Shown: piece after piece, positions 19,885 through 30,182 of the stretch
Position numbering within the stretch: position 1 is the stretch's first letter
How the letters are laid out: each line of letters opens with the position of its first letter
Virus record (IMG/VR): IMGVR_UViG_3300033061_001635
Location: 64,001-128,000 of that record
Origin: a virus
Lineage: Duplodnaviria > Caudoviricetes
Reading direction: 5' to 3' (one strand)
Length of the DNA stretch: 64,000 bases
Translations under genes and position numbers: made by a program
Notes under the pieces: generated by a model
What the model saw: only the letters and a program-made list of their open reading frames with translations
Told to the model about the DNA's origin: nothing
Database searches by the model: none

Positions 19885-21180
19885 TTAAGCTACTGACACC
19901 CATATTTTGGGTGATATTGTTCTTTGAGTCCAAGATATTCCATTTGATGATGTAAGAGCAGTCGATGATTCATCACCAATCATTATGAATCCATTTTTAT
20001 AAACTAAATCATTCCAATTAGTTCCATATATTGAATATTCAGTATAAGATACCCCATTATTTGTTGAAACGGCAACATATCCGCTATTACTAAATATAAC
20101 AATATTGTTATTACCATAAACTGCTTTTTTCCATAATCTCTGATTAGGTAAAAGATTACTGCTAGTCCAGTTAATCCCATTAGAAGAAGTTAAAACTGTT
20201 CTCGAATCTGATGCTACAGCAATAAACTTATTATTAACAAACGATAAGCTTTGCCAATCTTCACCAGTGCCAACAGACGCCTGATTCCAATTAATTCCGT
20301 CAGAACTCGTTGCGACAACATCGGATTGTGAAGCTAATATAACATACGCGCCGTTCCCATAAGCTGCTCCTGCCCAATTTGACACTATTGGCAAAGTTAT
20401 TTCAGACCAATTTATTCCATTAGATGATATTGCCCCAACGGATGACGATGATGATAATATTATATATTTATTATTACCAAAAAGTATTTTAGTACATAAA
20501 TTATTGAAATTGCTCAATAGCTGGCCAGTAGAATTTGTTCCATCGGCAGATATATAAGATGCTGTCCATAATGTTCCATTGGTTGATTTATTTAATTTAT
20601 TACTGTTATAAGCACATGCTACATATTGATTAGATCCATATGTTATACTGGTCCAATTTAAACTATCAGCCATAGTATGATCAATCCATGATTCTCCATT
20701 ATTTGTACTTACTGTTGCCGAATTTCCTAGTGATATTACTACAGCTTTATCTCTGGTATTATTATTTGTTACAGTTGGAGTTGGAGTATTTGTTCTAGTA
20801 GCCGTGGGAGTAGTAGTCTTTGTAATAGTATTCGTAGGAGTTGTTGTATTTGTAATGCTCGGCGTTGGGGTGGATGTTTGTGTTCCGGTAGGCGTTTTGG
20901 TTGGAGTAACTGTAGGAGTTTGAGTTTTTGTTGGTGTTTTTGTTTGAGTTGGCGTAGGAGTATGAGTTAGTCTTGGTATAACTGTAGAATTTGGTGGCTC
21001 ATATAGTATTGTATTTTTTGATAGCAATTTTCCTGTAAAATTATATCCTTTATAATATATTGAAATATTATTATTGTTATAGATATTGCCATCATATATC
21101 ATCTGTCCAATAGGCAGAAGGTATCTTGTAGCACTAACTGTTGGAGTAACTGTATTAGTTGGGGTTGGCGTACTCACCAA
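19885..21180 (-). CDS. Thr/Pro-linker plus BNR/Asp-box-like beta-propeller protein (adhesin/decoration)
   Basis: (TP)n tract, then repeated 'S.NG..W' and 'W..I.YG...YV' blades; AAGGAG RBS (start TTG 21180 or GTG 21177). Confidence 0.7.
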   Translation of the reverse strand: MVSTPTPTNTVTPTVSATRYLLPIGQMIYDGNIYNNNNISIYYKGYNFTGKLLSKNTILYEPPNSTVIPRLTHTPTPTQTKTPTKTQTPTVTPTKTPTGTQTSTPTPSITNTTTPTNTITKTTTPTATRTNTPTPTVTNNNTRDKAVVISLGNSATVSTNNGESWIDHTMADSLNWTSITYGSNQYVACAYNSNKLNKSTNGTLWTASYISADGTNSTGQLLSNFNNLCTKILFGNNKYIILSSSSSVGAISSNGINWSEITLPIVSNWAGAAYGNGAYVILASQSDVVATSSDGINWNQASVGTGEDWQSLSFVNNKFIAVASDSRTVLTSSNGINWTSSNLLPNQRLWKKAVYGNNNIVIFSNSGYVAVSTNNGVSYTEYSIYGTNWNDLVYKNGFIMIGDESSTALTSSNGISWTQRTISPKIWVSVA

Positions 21181-21213
21181 TGATCTCCTTGTATTAAGTC
21201 CTTATTCATGATA

Positions 21214-23838
21214 TTATAGGAAAGAATCACGACTGTCGCATTCTGACGATCTGATTTCCCAAAAGCCTAGAGAATTGATAGGATATTGAGTTAGCATCGG
21301 TCCTGATCTCCATGAACTAAATATTGATGAAGCATAATAAAATATTGATGTGCCAGCATTGTTTGTTAATTCCCACCTAGAAGACGTTCCATTATAAAAT
21401 AATTTATAACTCAAGTTGTCGCCTGATTTATAATATATATTTCCTGATCTAATATATTTTCCTGATAATATATCAACATTATTAGATGCATCTATAAAAT
21501 TACAAGCATAAATAGAAGTTGTTGGTTCAGTAGGGGTTGTGGTATTGGTTGCTGTTAGGCTTGGAGTAGGTGTTTTTGTTTTGGTAACAGTTCTTGTTGG
21601 AGTAGGAGTACTAGTACTAATTGGGGTTTTAGTAGGTGTTACTGTTATTGTCGGAGTCATGGTATTTGTAGGAAGTGGCGTTCTGGGTAATCTAGTAAAG
21701 CATGAGTTACTCGATTTCTGACAAGTTACCAAATGAGTCTTCTCTTCAACCATTAAAGAACCATTATTCTGTATTAGTTGTGAGCTTAATACCACAGCCA
21801 AAACACTAGAATATCTAGTAATTGGGACTAATATCGTTTCTGATGTCTTAGATGCTATAAAATTAATCGTACTGGTAGGCAAAAAAGCATCATACTTATC
21901 TGGTTTAGTAATAGATAAATTAAGAGTATAAGAGTCTCCAACTCTTAAGTCATTAAAAACAATAGGCTGTATCTGGTTAATAAGTCTTGGACCTTCGCCG
22001 TATTGATCGTAATCAGAGCAAGATGGTTGTGTGTCTGATTGTGTTGCATATTTAAAATATCCACTATACACTGGTCCCGCTGTAAATTTGTTTAAACTAA
22101 AATAAGCACTTTTATACCATTCATTTATATTTGGTAAAAAGTATTTTGCGTTAGATGATCTAACCAGTCCACTATTAGCAGATATTCCTCCATCGTAAGA
22201 TGTTGCTGTAAAATTATAGACTCCAGTGTTTGTGATTAAAGAACTATTATCAGAGACTTTATTGTGCAGCCAATTGCAGTATCTTGCTGCCATAGGCCAT
22301 GTAATAAATACAGCAGGTTTATCACGCATATATCTTTTTACTGCATATTTTTGACCAGCATTATTGCCTGGAGTATATGAAATACCCCCTCTATCCGAAT
22401 CCATCAAATATGTATATAATATTCCGGTAGAAGACGTAGCATTTTGATTATATCCATTATCATAAGATTCTAATTGAATCTGATCTCCCAGAGGATCAAC
22501 AGTATTCAAAAAATTTACATAATCTTGATTTGTAATTTGAAAAGCTTCAGCTTTATAGCCAGTAGCAACGGCACCAACCGAACAGCTTGTTCCACCACAC
22601 ATATCAGTAAATTTTGGAAAAAATATATTATTATTATATGCATCTCTAATTAGGGTCGTTTGACCAAAATTAGAATTTAATTCTGTATTTATACTATACC
22701 ATGTTTGATTATCATAGCTGTGTCCATAAAGTACACTATTACTATAGTCGAAGGTTGTTTGTAAAGTTCTTCCGGCGGCATCTCCAGTAATTTTAGCTCC
22801 TGTGATATATACTGGATTTTGTCCCACCATCGTTGGAGTTAAATCAAAACAATATAAAAATCCAAACCTAGTTGTTGCATAAAGATATCCTTTGGTGGAA
22901 CTACCAGAGATAGAAATATCTCCAAATTGATTATCATAAAGATTTGGTAGAATAGGAATAGCCGGTAGAGTAAAAGAAGTAAAGCTATTACCACTAACAG
23001 CAAGTCCATTATTTGGTACTGAGGTAAAAGATATTTTGCTTAAGACACCTGTAGATTCAGACATAAACCAATAACCGCCTGACCCACTAATATTATTCCA
23101 ATATGAAGCATTATATATGGGTTTAGTAATATAGCTACTCCAATTAGAAACTCCTGTAATATTAGTTAGCGATGGAGTATTATTAACATTATAGTTTATT
23201 TTAACAGAGTATAGTCCTGATCCATTATTGCCTGCTATTCCAAATGGCAACGATCCCGAACCATAATACATAAATAGTAAATGATTTGTCTGATTATTGT
23301 AAGCAAGAGCATTGCTTCCTGTCGGAAGTGAAAGAACAGTGCTCATGATTTTTACAATCTGCTGAGAATCTGGCTGAACTCTCCATATGGTATTATCTTT
23401 ATCAATACCATAAATATTACCCTTTGAAATATTTTTAGATTGATTATTTTGGCCAGAAATTGTTACAAAGTTTGATAGATTTAATGGATTGGTATATGAG
23501 AATACTCTGAATCCATTTTCATTAGTTGCATTTAAGCTATTATATAAAGAAGGATCATTTAGTCCTGGTCTGGTATATTGACCATAGTTGTCACTACTAA
23601 TACCAGAAGCATTGGTGGACCAAGATCCGCCATACGCTACTCTACTAAAAACATATTCATTATCTCCTCCCAAATATGTTTGTTCTTCAGTCCATTCTAG
23701 AACATTCCCTCCCTGATCATAGGTTCCCCAAAAACTTGGATCTCCATTTTGACCAACACTACTAACATTGCCATTAAAATTGTTCCATGATACACATTTA
23801 TTATAATTTGCAGTATTTAATCCTGAAATAGTAGCCAT
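21214..23838 (-). CDS. Circularly permuted FGE-sulfatase (C-type lectin fold) domain protein with inserted propeller-like domain and Thr/Pro linker
   Basis: N-terminal 'GTYDQGGNVLEW...GGSW...NGFRV'; later 'ITNQDYVNFLN...KPAVFITWPMAARYCNWLHN...LPNINEWYKSAY...YATQSD'. Confidence 0.75.
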   Translation of the reverse strand: MATISGLNTANYNKCVSWNNFNGNVSSVGQNGDPSFWGTYDQGGNVLEWTEEQTYLGGDNEYVFSRVAYGGSWSTNASGISSDNYGQYTRPGLNDPSLYNSLNATNENGFRVFSYTNPLNLSNFVTISGQNNQSKNISKGNIYGIDKDNTIWRVQPDSQQIVKIMSTVLSLPTGSNALAYNNQTNHLLFMYYGSGSLPFGIAGNNGSGLYSVKINYNVNNTPSLTNITGVSNWSSYITKPIYNASYWNNISGSGGYWFMSESTGVLSKISFTSVPNNGLAVSGNSFTSFTLPAIPILPNLYDNQFGDISISGSSTKGYLYATTRFGFLYCFDLTPTMVGQNPVYITGAKITGDAAGRTLQTTFDYSNSVLYGHSYDNQTWYSINTELNSNFGQTTLIRDAYNNNIFFPKFTDMCGGTSCSVGAVATGYKAEAFQITNQDYVNFLNTVDPLGDQIQLESYDNGYNQNATSSTGILYTYLMDSDRGGISYTPGNNAGQKYAVKRYMRDKPAVFITWPMAARYCNWLHNKVSDNSSLITNTGVYNFTATSYDGGISANSGLVRSSNAKYFLPNINEWYKSAYFSLNKFTAGPVYSGYFKYATQSDTQPSCSDYDQYGEGPRLINQIQPIVFNDLRVGDSYTLNLSITKPDKYDAFLPTSTINFIASKTSETILVPITRYSSVLAVVLSSQLIQNNGSLMVEEKTHLVTCQKSSNSCFTRLPRTPLPTNTMTPTITVTPTKTPISTSTPTPTRTVTKTKTPTPSLTATNTTTPTEPTTSIYACNFIDASNNVDILSGKYIRSGNIYYKSGDNLSYKLFYNGTSSRWELTNNAGTSIFYYASSIFSSWRSGPMLTQYPINSLGFWEIRSSECDSRDSFL

Positions 23839-23853
23839 GTAATTCCTTTTATA

Positions 23854-26800
23854 TTATGTTGCACATTCATTTGGTCCACATTTTAGACCAAGATAATCAT
23901 TAGCTTCTATTCCATTATTTTCATTGAATAGTCTAAATCTAACAACACCCTCATCATAATTACTCAAGGATGTATTAGCAATCCCCATAACAACTCCTGA
24001 GCCATTTTTGGTGAATGTCATGTAGCCACTAGATGGTTGATTAAATGTAACATTAGTTGTTAATGATGAGAATTCATATTTATATCTATCGCTAGAAGAT
24101 GCTCCCTTAATATCAACAAGCATTAATCTGGTTCCAGAACAGCATGATCCTAGGTCTAATAATGGACCACCAGATATTGCCACGGAAACAGGATTGTTTG
24201 GTACGCAATCATTACACTCTATCTTATAGTCTTTACCATAGGCTATAGACTGTGGGCATCCAGATTGTTGCACACTAATATTTACCATAACGAATTCTGT
24301 TCGATTTTTATTATATAAACTATTTGTTCTATACTTGAGTATAACGTCTTTAGTATTCATGGCGCATTCACCACTTGGGAAACAAAACCCAACATCAGTA
24401 TAGATTACTTTATTATCTTGGGTTGCAATAAATGATCCACTTTGTGGAGTTATCACTACTGGCCAATTACTATCTAGGTAATTAACAGTATATTCATATT
24501 TTTCTCCCACTAGTAATCCAGAAGCTTTGGTTCTTAAAGAGAAAGCTCCCTGTGAAACACTATTTAACGTAATTCCATCATTACTTCCTATAACAGTGCC
24601 GCCATCAGTACTTAACGGGGGATTATAACTAATCTCTAATCCTCCTATATTATTAGTCATAGTTAATAATGATGCATTACTATATACTTTTGACAATCCA
24701 GGAGCTGCTAATGGCTCAACCTCAAGAATAAAATTCACAAATTTAGTAAATGCTAGCTCATTATTTGTTGTTTGACACACAGAGTCTAAATCATAAGAGA
24801 GAACACTAGTATTAACATTATTAGGACATAATCCTGTGGATTTACAAAATTGAATGGACGTGGGTATTTCATAAACACTAGCATTTCTAATAATTCCACT
24901 GGTAGGATATACTATAGACGGCCAATTTGCATCTAAAGATTTGTATTTATATGTATAAACAATATCTGGTAGTAGATTTTTGATGATGGGAGTAATATTA
25001 TAAGAATCACGGAAACTAATTCCTCCAGTTGCAGGGATTCCTGATATGGTTACTTTTGGCAAGCAATCTTCGCTATCGCACTTTATAGAAAATACATTAC
25101 TAAATGCTTCAGCTTCTGGTAAATTACTATTTAGTGCTTTTACTTTTGCTCTAACATTAAATTGTTTACGATTTGGACTATCAGAGGTATATGTATATGG
25201 TAATACATATAAGCTATCAGTAGGACATAGTCCTGTAGAATAGCATATATCATAATATATAGTAGCTTCACCAGAGGTATTGGGAGAGACCAATGTTCCA
25301 CTAATCGGATTAACTATCATCGGCCAGTTATTTTTAACAGACTCTAGAACATAAGAATATTCAATGCCTGGAACTAGACCTTTTAAATTTAATTTAACAT
25401 TATTATTTGCATTAGCTTTTGAAGGATTATTAACAATTGATGTTTTGAATTCAGCAGATAAAGGATTTAAGCAACCAGAGCATAAAATTGTTATTTCATT
25501 ACTGTATACAGTTTGTAGTCCTGGTAAATTTGGAACTAATTCTAACTTAACTTTAGTAACTTTAGATAACGATGCAAGCCTATATTGACTATCATTTGCT
25601 AATGTATAATTTAATACATTTTTTGATCCTGTTGGGCATATTCCTGTTCCTGCGCAAAAAGAGATCTCTACGGGTATATCAAAACTTGTACTACTGATAA
25701 TATTACCGCTGATCGGGTTCAATATTGTTGGCCAATTACTATCTAGTCCAATAAATCGATATTTATACTCTACTCCCTCCAATAAATTAATGCCCGATAT
25801 AGAAAATCTTTTAGGGTTTATATCATCAAGAACGATAGTGTCTGCCATTCCAATCTCTGGATCAGGTATACAGTTAGAACATCTAATTAATGACTCGTTA
25901 CTATAAACTGTTGGTAGATCATCGTCAACAGGATCAAATTCAACCTGGAATTTACTAGACTTCTGCAATGAACCTAAAGTAAATTGATTATATGATGTTA
26001 CTGCGCTATATGGTAGAATATTTTTATTACCATTTGGACAAATTCCTGTTGATGCACAAAAGGCTATTGACAAAGCAATATCGCATGTTGCACTATTTAC
26101 TATAGTACCACTCATTGGATTAATAACAGTAGGCCAATTACTATCAATAGATAATACTTTATATTTATATGATGTATTTGGTGATAAATCAGTTCCAACC
26201 ATATTTATGGTAGCAGTATTGCTGGGCCCTACTGTAACATCTCTTGGAACTTGAATAACAGGTGCAGAAATACAATCGTCACATTTGATTATTGCTTCAT
26301 TGCTATATACTGTTGCTAAGTCATTGTTTAATGGTAATACTGGATCTATTTCTAATCTAATTTTTGCAAATTTATTTAAAGATCCAAAATTAAATTGCTT
26401 TTTTGATCCTGCACTATATGGCAATATATTTGGACTGCCGTTCGGACATACCCCGGTAGTTTGACAAAAAGAAGTAGATACAGATAATGTATGGCTACTA
26501 ACTGAACTAATTATTCCGCTTATGGGACTGATACTAACAGGCCAATTAGCATCTAAACTAACAAACTTATATCGGTATTCTGAAGTTGGTGAAAGATTGT
26601 TAACGGGAACATTAAATAGACCCTCGTTATTATTATTTACAATAACATTTGGTATAGTAGCAGTTGGCTGATCGATGCAATCATTACAGGTTACAATATA
26701 AGCATTGCTATTTACTGATGGAATATCATATCCAACAGCAGTAACTTCTGCTTTAAATCTTGCAACTTTATTATTGCAATTTGTGGCTGCTGTATATGTT

Positions 26801-28239
26801 AGAACATTAGCACAACCATTTGGACAAAGTCCTGTAGATTGACATAATGTAATAGAGGCTGGAACAGTATGGGTTATACCGCCTCCATTATTCCTTATGA
26901 TACTTCCACTTAGTGGGTTTATAATGGCTGGCCAATTACTATCAATATTTTTAAATACATACTGATATTCAATTCCAGGAACCATATTATCTATTTGAAG
27001 ATCAAAAGCCGCATAGTTTCCATCACCAAAAGATAAAGCAGTACTGGATGGTAATCTAGCCTTTAGTAATGGTAGGCAGTCGTTACAAACCGCTACAATA
27101 TCATTACTATAAGCAACAGGAGTAGCATAGGCGTTTTGGTTCAAAGACATTTTGAACCTGGATTGTTTTTTTATAGAATTAAGAGCAACGCTTGATGATC
27201 TTAGGTTTGTGTACGGCATAATTCCAGGACTACCGCTTGGACATAATCCTGTAGCAGTACAAAAGGTTGCTACAACAGGTATTCTCATAGAGTCTGAGGT
27301 GGCCACAACACTACCAGACTGTGGAGACAATATGAGTGGCCAATTTCCATCAAGACCAGCAAAAGAATAATTATATCTTTCTCCAATAACAAGATTATTG
27401 ACTGTTACTTCAAACTCATTATTACTATGGTTGCTTCCTATATTAACAAAATTAGGAGACAGTATCTGTATTGATGGTATGCAATCTAAGCAAGTTGCAG
27501 CAAAAGATCCAGCAACTTTATTTTGGAATGTGTCATCATTTGGCACTAAAGACACATTAACAAGGGAATAAGGATCTTCACTAAATCTTCTATTTTCTAT
27601 ATTCTGATAATTTATTATAGAAGGATCTGTGCTTGGACAAGCTCCTGTAGACGGACAGAAAGATAGTAGTCCATTAATAGTAAAATCAGAAGACGAAGTT
27701 GTAATTATTCCTGATCTTGGTGTTATCTTTAGAGGCCAATTGCCTCCTCCTCCGTTCAAGAAATAAGTATATTCTTGATTTGGAATTAAACCAGTACATT
27801 TAATATTAAATGTCTTTGAGTTCCCATCCTCTTTTGTTAATGATAGATCACCATTACCATTATTAAAAGATAAAGACAATGGAGGAATACATTGATCGCA
27901 CTGCACTATGCAGGGATGAGTGTATAAAAGTTCATTAGAGCTATTATCTCTGATTTCTAAGTCTAGTACGGTATACAAACTTTTATTGTTTAGATCTAAT
28001 CCGGGTGCAATAAGGCTATTTTCTGGAACATTATAAAATACGTTAGGGTCAGATTCTGGGCATTCTCCAGAATTCGAACAAAAATAAGCATATGACTTAA
28101 CACTATTAGGAAAAAACACTCCGGACAATGGAGATACTCTAACTGGCCAGTTTCCACCATTATTCTTAAAAATAAATTTATATTTTGTGTCCGGATCAAA
28201 TCCACTTACTTGAACATTTATTGCTTGGATAGTTGACAT
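23854..28239 (-). CDS. Cys-rich tandem-repeat protein (10 clear ~130-aa Ig-like repeats plus one degenerate)
   Basis: Repeat signature L.P...Y.Y.....NWP....P.SG ... FC..TG.CP ... C.DC. Confidence 0.8.
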   Translation of the reverse strand: MSTIQAINVQVSGFDPDTKYKFIFKNNGGNWPVRVSPLSGVFFPNSVKSYAYFCSNSGECPESDPNVFYNVPENSLIAPGLDLNNKSLYTVLDLEIRDNSSNELLYTHPCIVQCDQCIPPLSLSFNNGNGDLSLTKEDGNSKTFNIKCTGLIPNQEYTYFLNGGGGNWPLKITPRSGIITTSSSDFTINGLLSFCPSTGACPSTDPSIINYQNIENRRFSEDPYSLVNVSLVPNDDTFQNKVAGSFAATCLDCIPSIQILSPNFVNIGSNHSNNEFEVTVNNLVIGERYNYSFAGLDGNWPLILSPQSGSVVATSDSMRIPVVATFCTATGLCPSGSPGIMPYTNLRSSSVALNSIKKQSRFKMSLNQNAYATPVAYSNDIVAVCNDCLPLLKARLPSSTALSFGDGNYAAFDLQIDNMVPGIEYQYVFKNIDSNWPAIINPLSGSIIRNNGGGITHTVPASITLCQSTGLCPNGCANVLTYTAATNCNNKVARFKAEVTAVGYDIPSVNSNAYIVTCNDCIDQPTATIPNVIVNNNNEGLFNVPVNNLSPTSEYRYKFVSLDANWPVSISPISGIISSVSSHTLSVSTSFCQTTGVCPNGSPNILPYSAGSKKQFNFGSLNKFAKIRLEIDPVLPLNNDLATVYSNEAIIKCDDCISAPVIQVPRDVTVGPSNTATINMVGTDLSPNTSYKYKVLSIDSNWPTVINPMSGTIVNSATCDIALSIAFCASTGICPNGNKNILPYSAVTSYNQFTLGSLQKSSKFQVEFDPVDDDLPTVYSNESLIRCSNCIPDPEIGMADTIVLDDINPKRFSISGINLLEGVEYKYRFIGLDSNWPTILNPISGNIISSTSFDIPVEISFCAGTGICPTGSKNVLNYTLANDSQYRLASLSKVTKVKLELVPNLPGLQTVYSNEITILCSGCLNPLSAEFKTSIVNNPSKANANNNVKLNLKGLVPGIEYSYVLESVKNNWPMIVNPISGTLVSPNTSGEATIYYDICYSTGLCPTDSLYVLPYTYTSDSPNRKQFNVRAKVKALNSNLPEAEAFSNVFSIKCDSEDCLPKVTISGIPATGGISFRDSYNITPIIKNLLPDIVYTYKYKSLDANWPSIVYPTSGIIRNASVYEIPTSIQFCKSTGLCPNNVNTSVLSYDLDSVCQTTNNELAFTKFVNFILEVEPLAAPGLSKVYSNASLLTMTNNIGGLEISYNPPLSTDGGTVIGSNDGITLNSVSQGAFSLRTKASGLLVGEKYEYTVNYLDSNWPVVITPQSGSFIATQDNKVIYTDVGFCFPSGECAMNTKDVILKYRTNSLYNKNRTEFVMVNISVQQSGCPQSIAYGKDYKIECNDCVPNNPVSVAISGGPLLDLGSCCSGTRLMLVDIKGASSSDRYKYEFSSLTTNVTFNQPSSGYMTFTKNGSGVVMGIANTSLSNYDEGVVRFRLFNENNGIEANDYLGLKCGPNECAT

Positions 28240-28258
28240 TATTTCCTCTTTATTTTTA

Positions 28259-29074
28259 TTAAGTACAATTTGATGGCGTGTTAATTGATATGTCTACGCT
28301 TCTTGCAGTCGATTTTGATTGACAATCAGAACAATAAAATTTAGCTATATTACTATCATGAACAACATCAGGATACTCTGTGTCAGAATATGATAGTCTA
28401 ATAGTAACTTCAGGATTATACCAATGCAATTTTGGATGATTATTAATTGAATAGTTTAAAACTCCATATCTGCCATTATAACAAACCCCTGTATTCTGAC
28501 AGAATCCAGCGTCTATGTTCAATATCACTGGATTGGCCGGTGTTCCACCGCTACCAGAATGGAAATATCCTGTTGGCGAAGAAACAACAAATGGCCAATT
28601 GGCATCTAAAGAGTATATAGAATATTGGTATGTTTTTTGCGGAGTAAGATTAATAAATCTAGTACTCAAATTTGTTTCGTCATTCGTAGTCAACAATGTC
28701 TGGGAGGCTGTTATCTCGGCTTTTGGTAGACTATAATTAGAGCTTAATTTAAATGCAGAACTTTGATAAACCTTTGTTGGATCTCTTACTAGATTAAAAT
28801 CAATAACGATATTACTAAAATAATCATCTCCTACAGTACAAAAGTGTTCTGTGCAAGCAAGATATCCTTCATAATTTTCATCACAACTATTTTTAGTTGG
28901 ACAAAAATAAGCAGAAGCAGATATGGTTCCGCTGGTACTGGTCGAAGAAAATATTCCACTAATAGGAGTTATGGTTATGGGCCAATTAGAACTTATGCTT
29001 TTGAAAGTATAGTTATACTTTTCATTAGGTTTTAAATTGGTCAATGTTGCAGTAACGTCTTTTGGATTTGGCAT
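28259..29074 (-). CDS. Two-repeat member of the same NWP/Cys repeat family
   Basis: 'SNWPITITPISG..FCPTKNSC' and 'DANWPFVVSSPTG..FCQNTGVC..CSDC'; GAGG RBS. Confidence 0.75.
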   Translation of the reverse strand: MPNPKDVTATLTNLKPNEKYNYTFKSISSNWPITITPISGIFSSTSTSGTISASAYFCPTKNSCDENYEGYLACTEHFCTVGDDYFSNIVIDFNLVRDPTKVYQSSAFKLSSNYSLPKAEITASQTLLTTNDETNLSTRFINLTPQKTYQYSIYSLDANWPFVVSSPTGYFHSGSGGTPANPVILNIDAGFCQNTGVCYNGRYGVLNYSINNHPKLHWYNPEVTIRLSYSDTEYPDVVHDSNIAKFYCSDCQSKSTARSVDISINTPSNCT

Positions 29075-29108
29075 TATAATACCTCAAAACATATGGTAAT
29101 CAATGGTT

Positions 29109-29116
29109 AATACACC
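29109..29116 (-). promoter_or_regulatory. Candidate phage late-promoter motif GGTGTATT
   Basis: Intergenic, 35 nt upstream of ATG 29074; same motif in two other intergenic gaps. Confidence 0.45.
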
Positions 29117-29141
29117 ATATTAGATTGTTAAATTTGATCAA

Positions 29142-30131
29142 TTATTCTGTTATTTTAAAACTAATATCTGGCAAAGATGGTGTCGTATTAGGGTTCGAAG
29201 TGGCATATTTTAATATAATATAATCACTATATACAGTATTATCATTTAGGCAATCATCACATTTAAGTGATGCTCTAATGATTACTCTATAGTCGATACT
29301 GGATCGCCAAAGAATAGGATAATCAGGTGTTGTATATGGATTCAATATTTCTGGATAAGAATCACAGGCACCAGATGCACAAAATACTAATCGGTTAGTT
29401 ACAGATGATATATCTTCTATTGTGTCTAATGTATTTTTACCAGTAGTTAATGTGCCAGAAGGTTTTCCAACAAAATAGGTTGGCCATTCAGCATCAATAA
29501 CATCAACACTATAGGTGTAGTTTTTATAAGATTGTAATCCAGTAACGGCTATATTAAAACTATAAATATTATTAGTCGCATTAAGCGAATTAGGTATAAT
29601 GGCTTGGGCGCTAATTGGCTCATTACTAGCAGTACCTACTTCAGATCCTTGAACAACAGAAGGAACAACAACTGGATCATTTTCTGAAGATGCTATAGAA
29701 GCAGATGGATAGGACATTACTGTTAAATTAGAAACAGGGATTGTTGAAGTTATTATTCTTATAGAAGGTAGATTCTGTATATCATCTATAAATCCTTCTA
29801 GTGGACCTCCAGCTGCTGGAATATTTATTGGTAGTTGTGCAGATTCTCTCATTATGAAATAATACGATTCTCTGGGTTGTAATGATACAAGAGTAGAGGC
29901 TGGGTCTGGTTGATAAGTCTTAACTCCATTCTGAACCGATAATAGTTTTGTCCAGAAGGCCGGGACTGCTCCATTGGAAGGATTTTGACTTGCATATATA
30001 GTGCTAACAGATTGTAATAGTTTATTAAAATTTACTAATTGATCCGGAGTCAAATTTGATGATTGACCAGTTAAATTTAATGGATTTTGTCCAGCATAGT
30101 GTGTTATACATAATGGACTATTTATTATCAT
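29142..30131 (-). CDS. Virion-associated protein with one NWP/Cys-type repeat
   Basis: 'GLQSYKNYTYSVDVIDAEWP...PSGTL...FCASGAC...KCDDCL'. Confidence 0.65.
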   Translation of the reverse strand: MIINSPLCITHYAGQNPLNLTGQSSNLTPDQLVNFNKLLQSVSTIYASQNPSNGAVPAFWTKLLSVQNGVKTYQPDPASTLVSLQPRESYYFIMRESAQLPINIPAAGGPLEGFIDDIQNLPSIRIITSTIPVSNLTVMSYPSASIASSENDPVVVPSVVQGSEVGTASNEPISAQAIIPNSLNATNNIYSFNIAVTGLQSYKNYTYSVDVIDAEWPTYFVGKPSGTLTTGKNTLDTIEDISSVTNRLVFCASGACDSYPEILNPYTTPDYPILWRSSIDYRVIIRASLKCDDCLNDNTVYSDYIILKYATSNPNTTPSLPDISFKITE

Positions 30132-30173
30132 AATAGACTCTTTTAATAATGAAGTTTATATAACTGTAATTGA

Positions 30174-30181
30174 TATACACC
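30174..30181 (-). promoter_or_regulatory. Candidate phage late-promoter motif GGTGTATA
   Basis: Intergenic, 43 nt upstream of ATG 30131. Confidence 0.45.
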
Positions 30182-30182
30182 C

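Noticed and set aside
23495-23640. DGR variable region in the FGE/C-lectin domain
   Set aside because: No template repeat or reverse transcriptase seen in this window; cannot be excluded elsewhere in the genome
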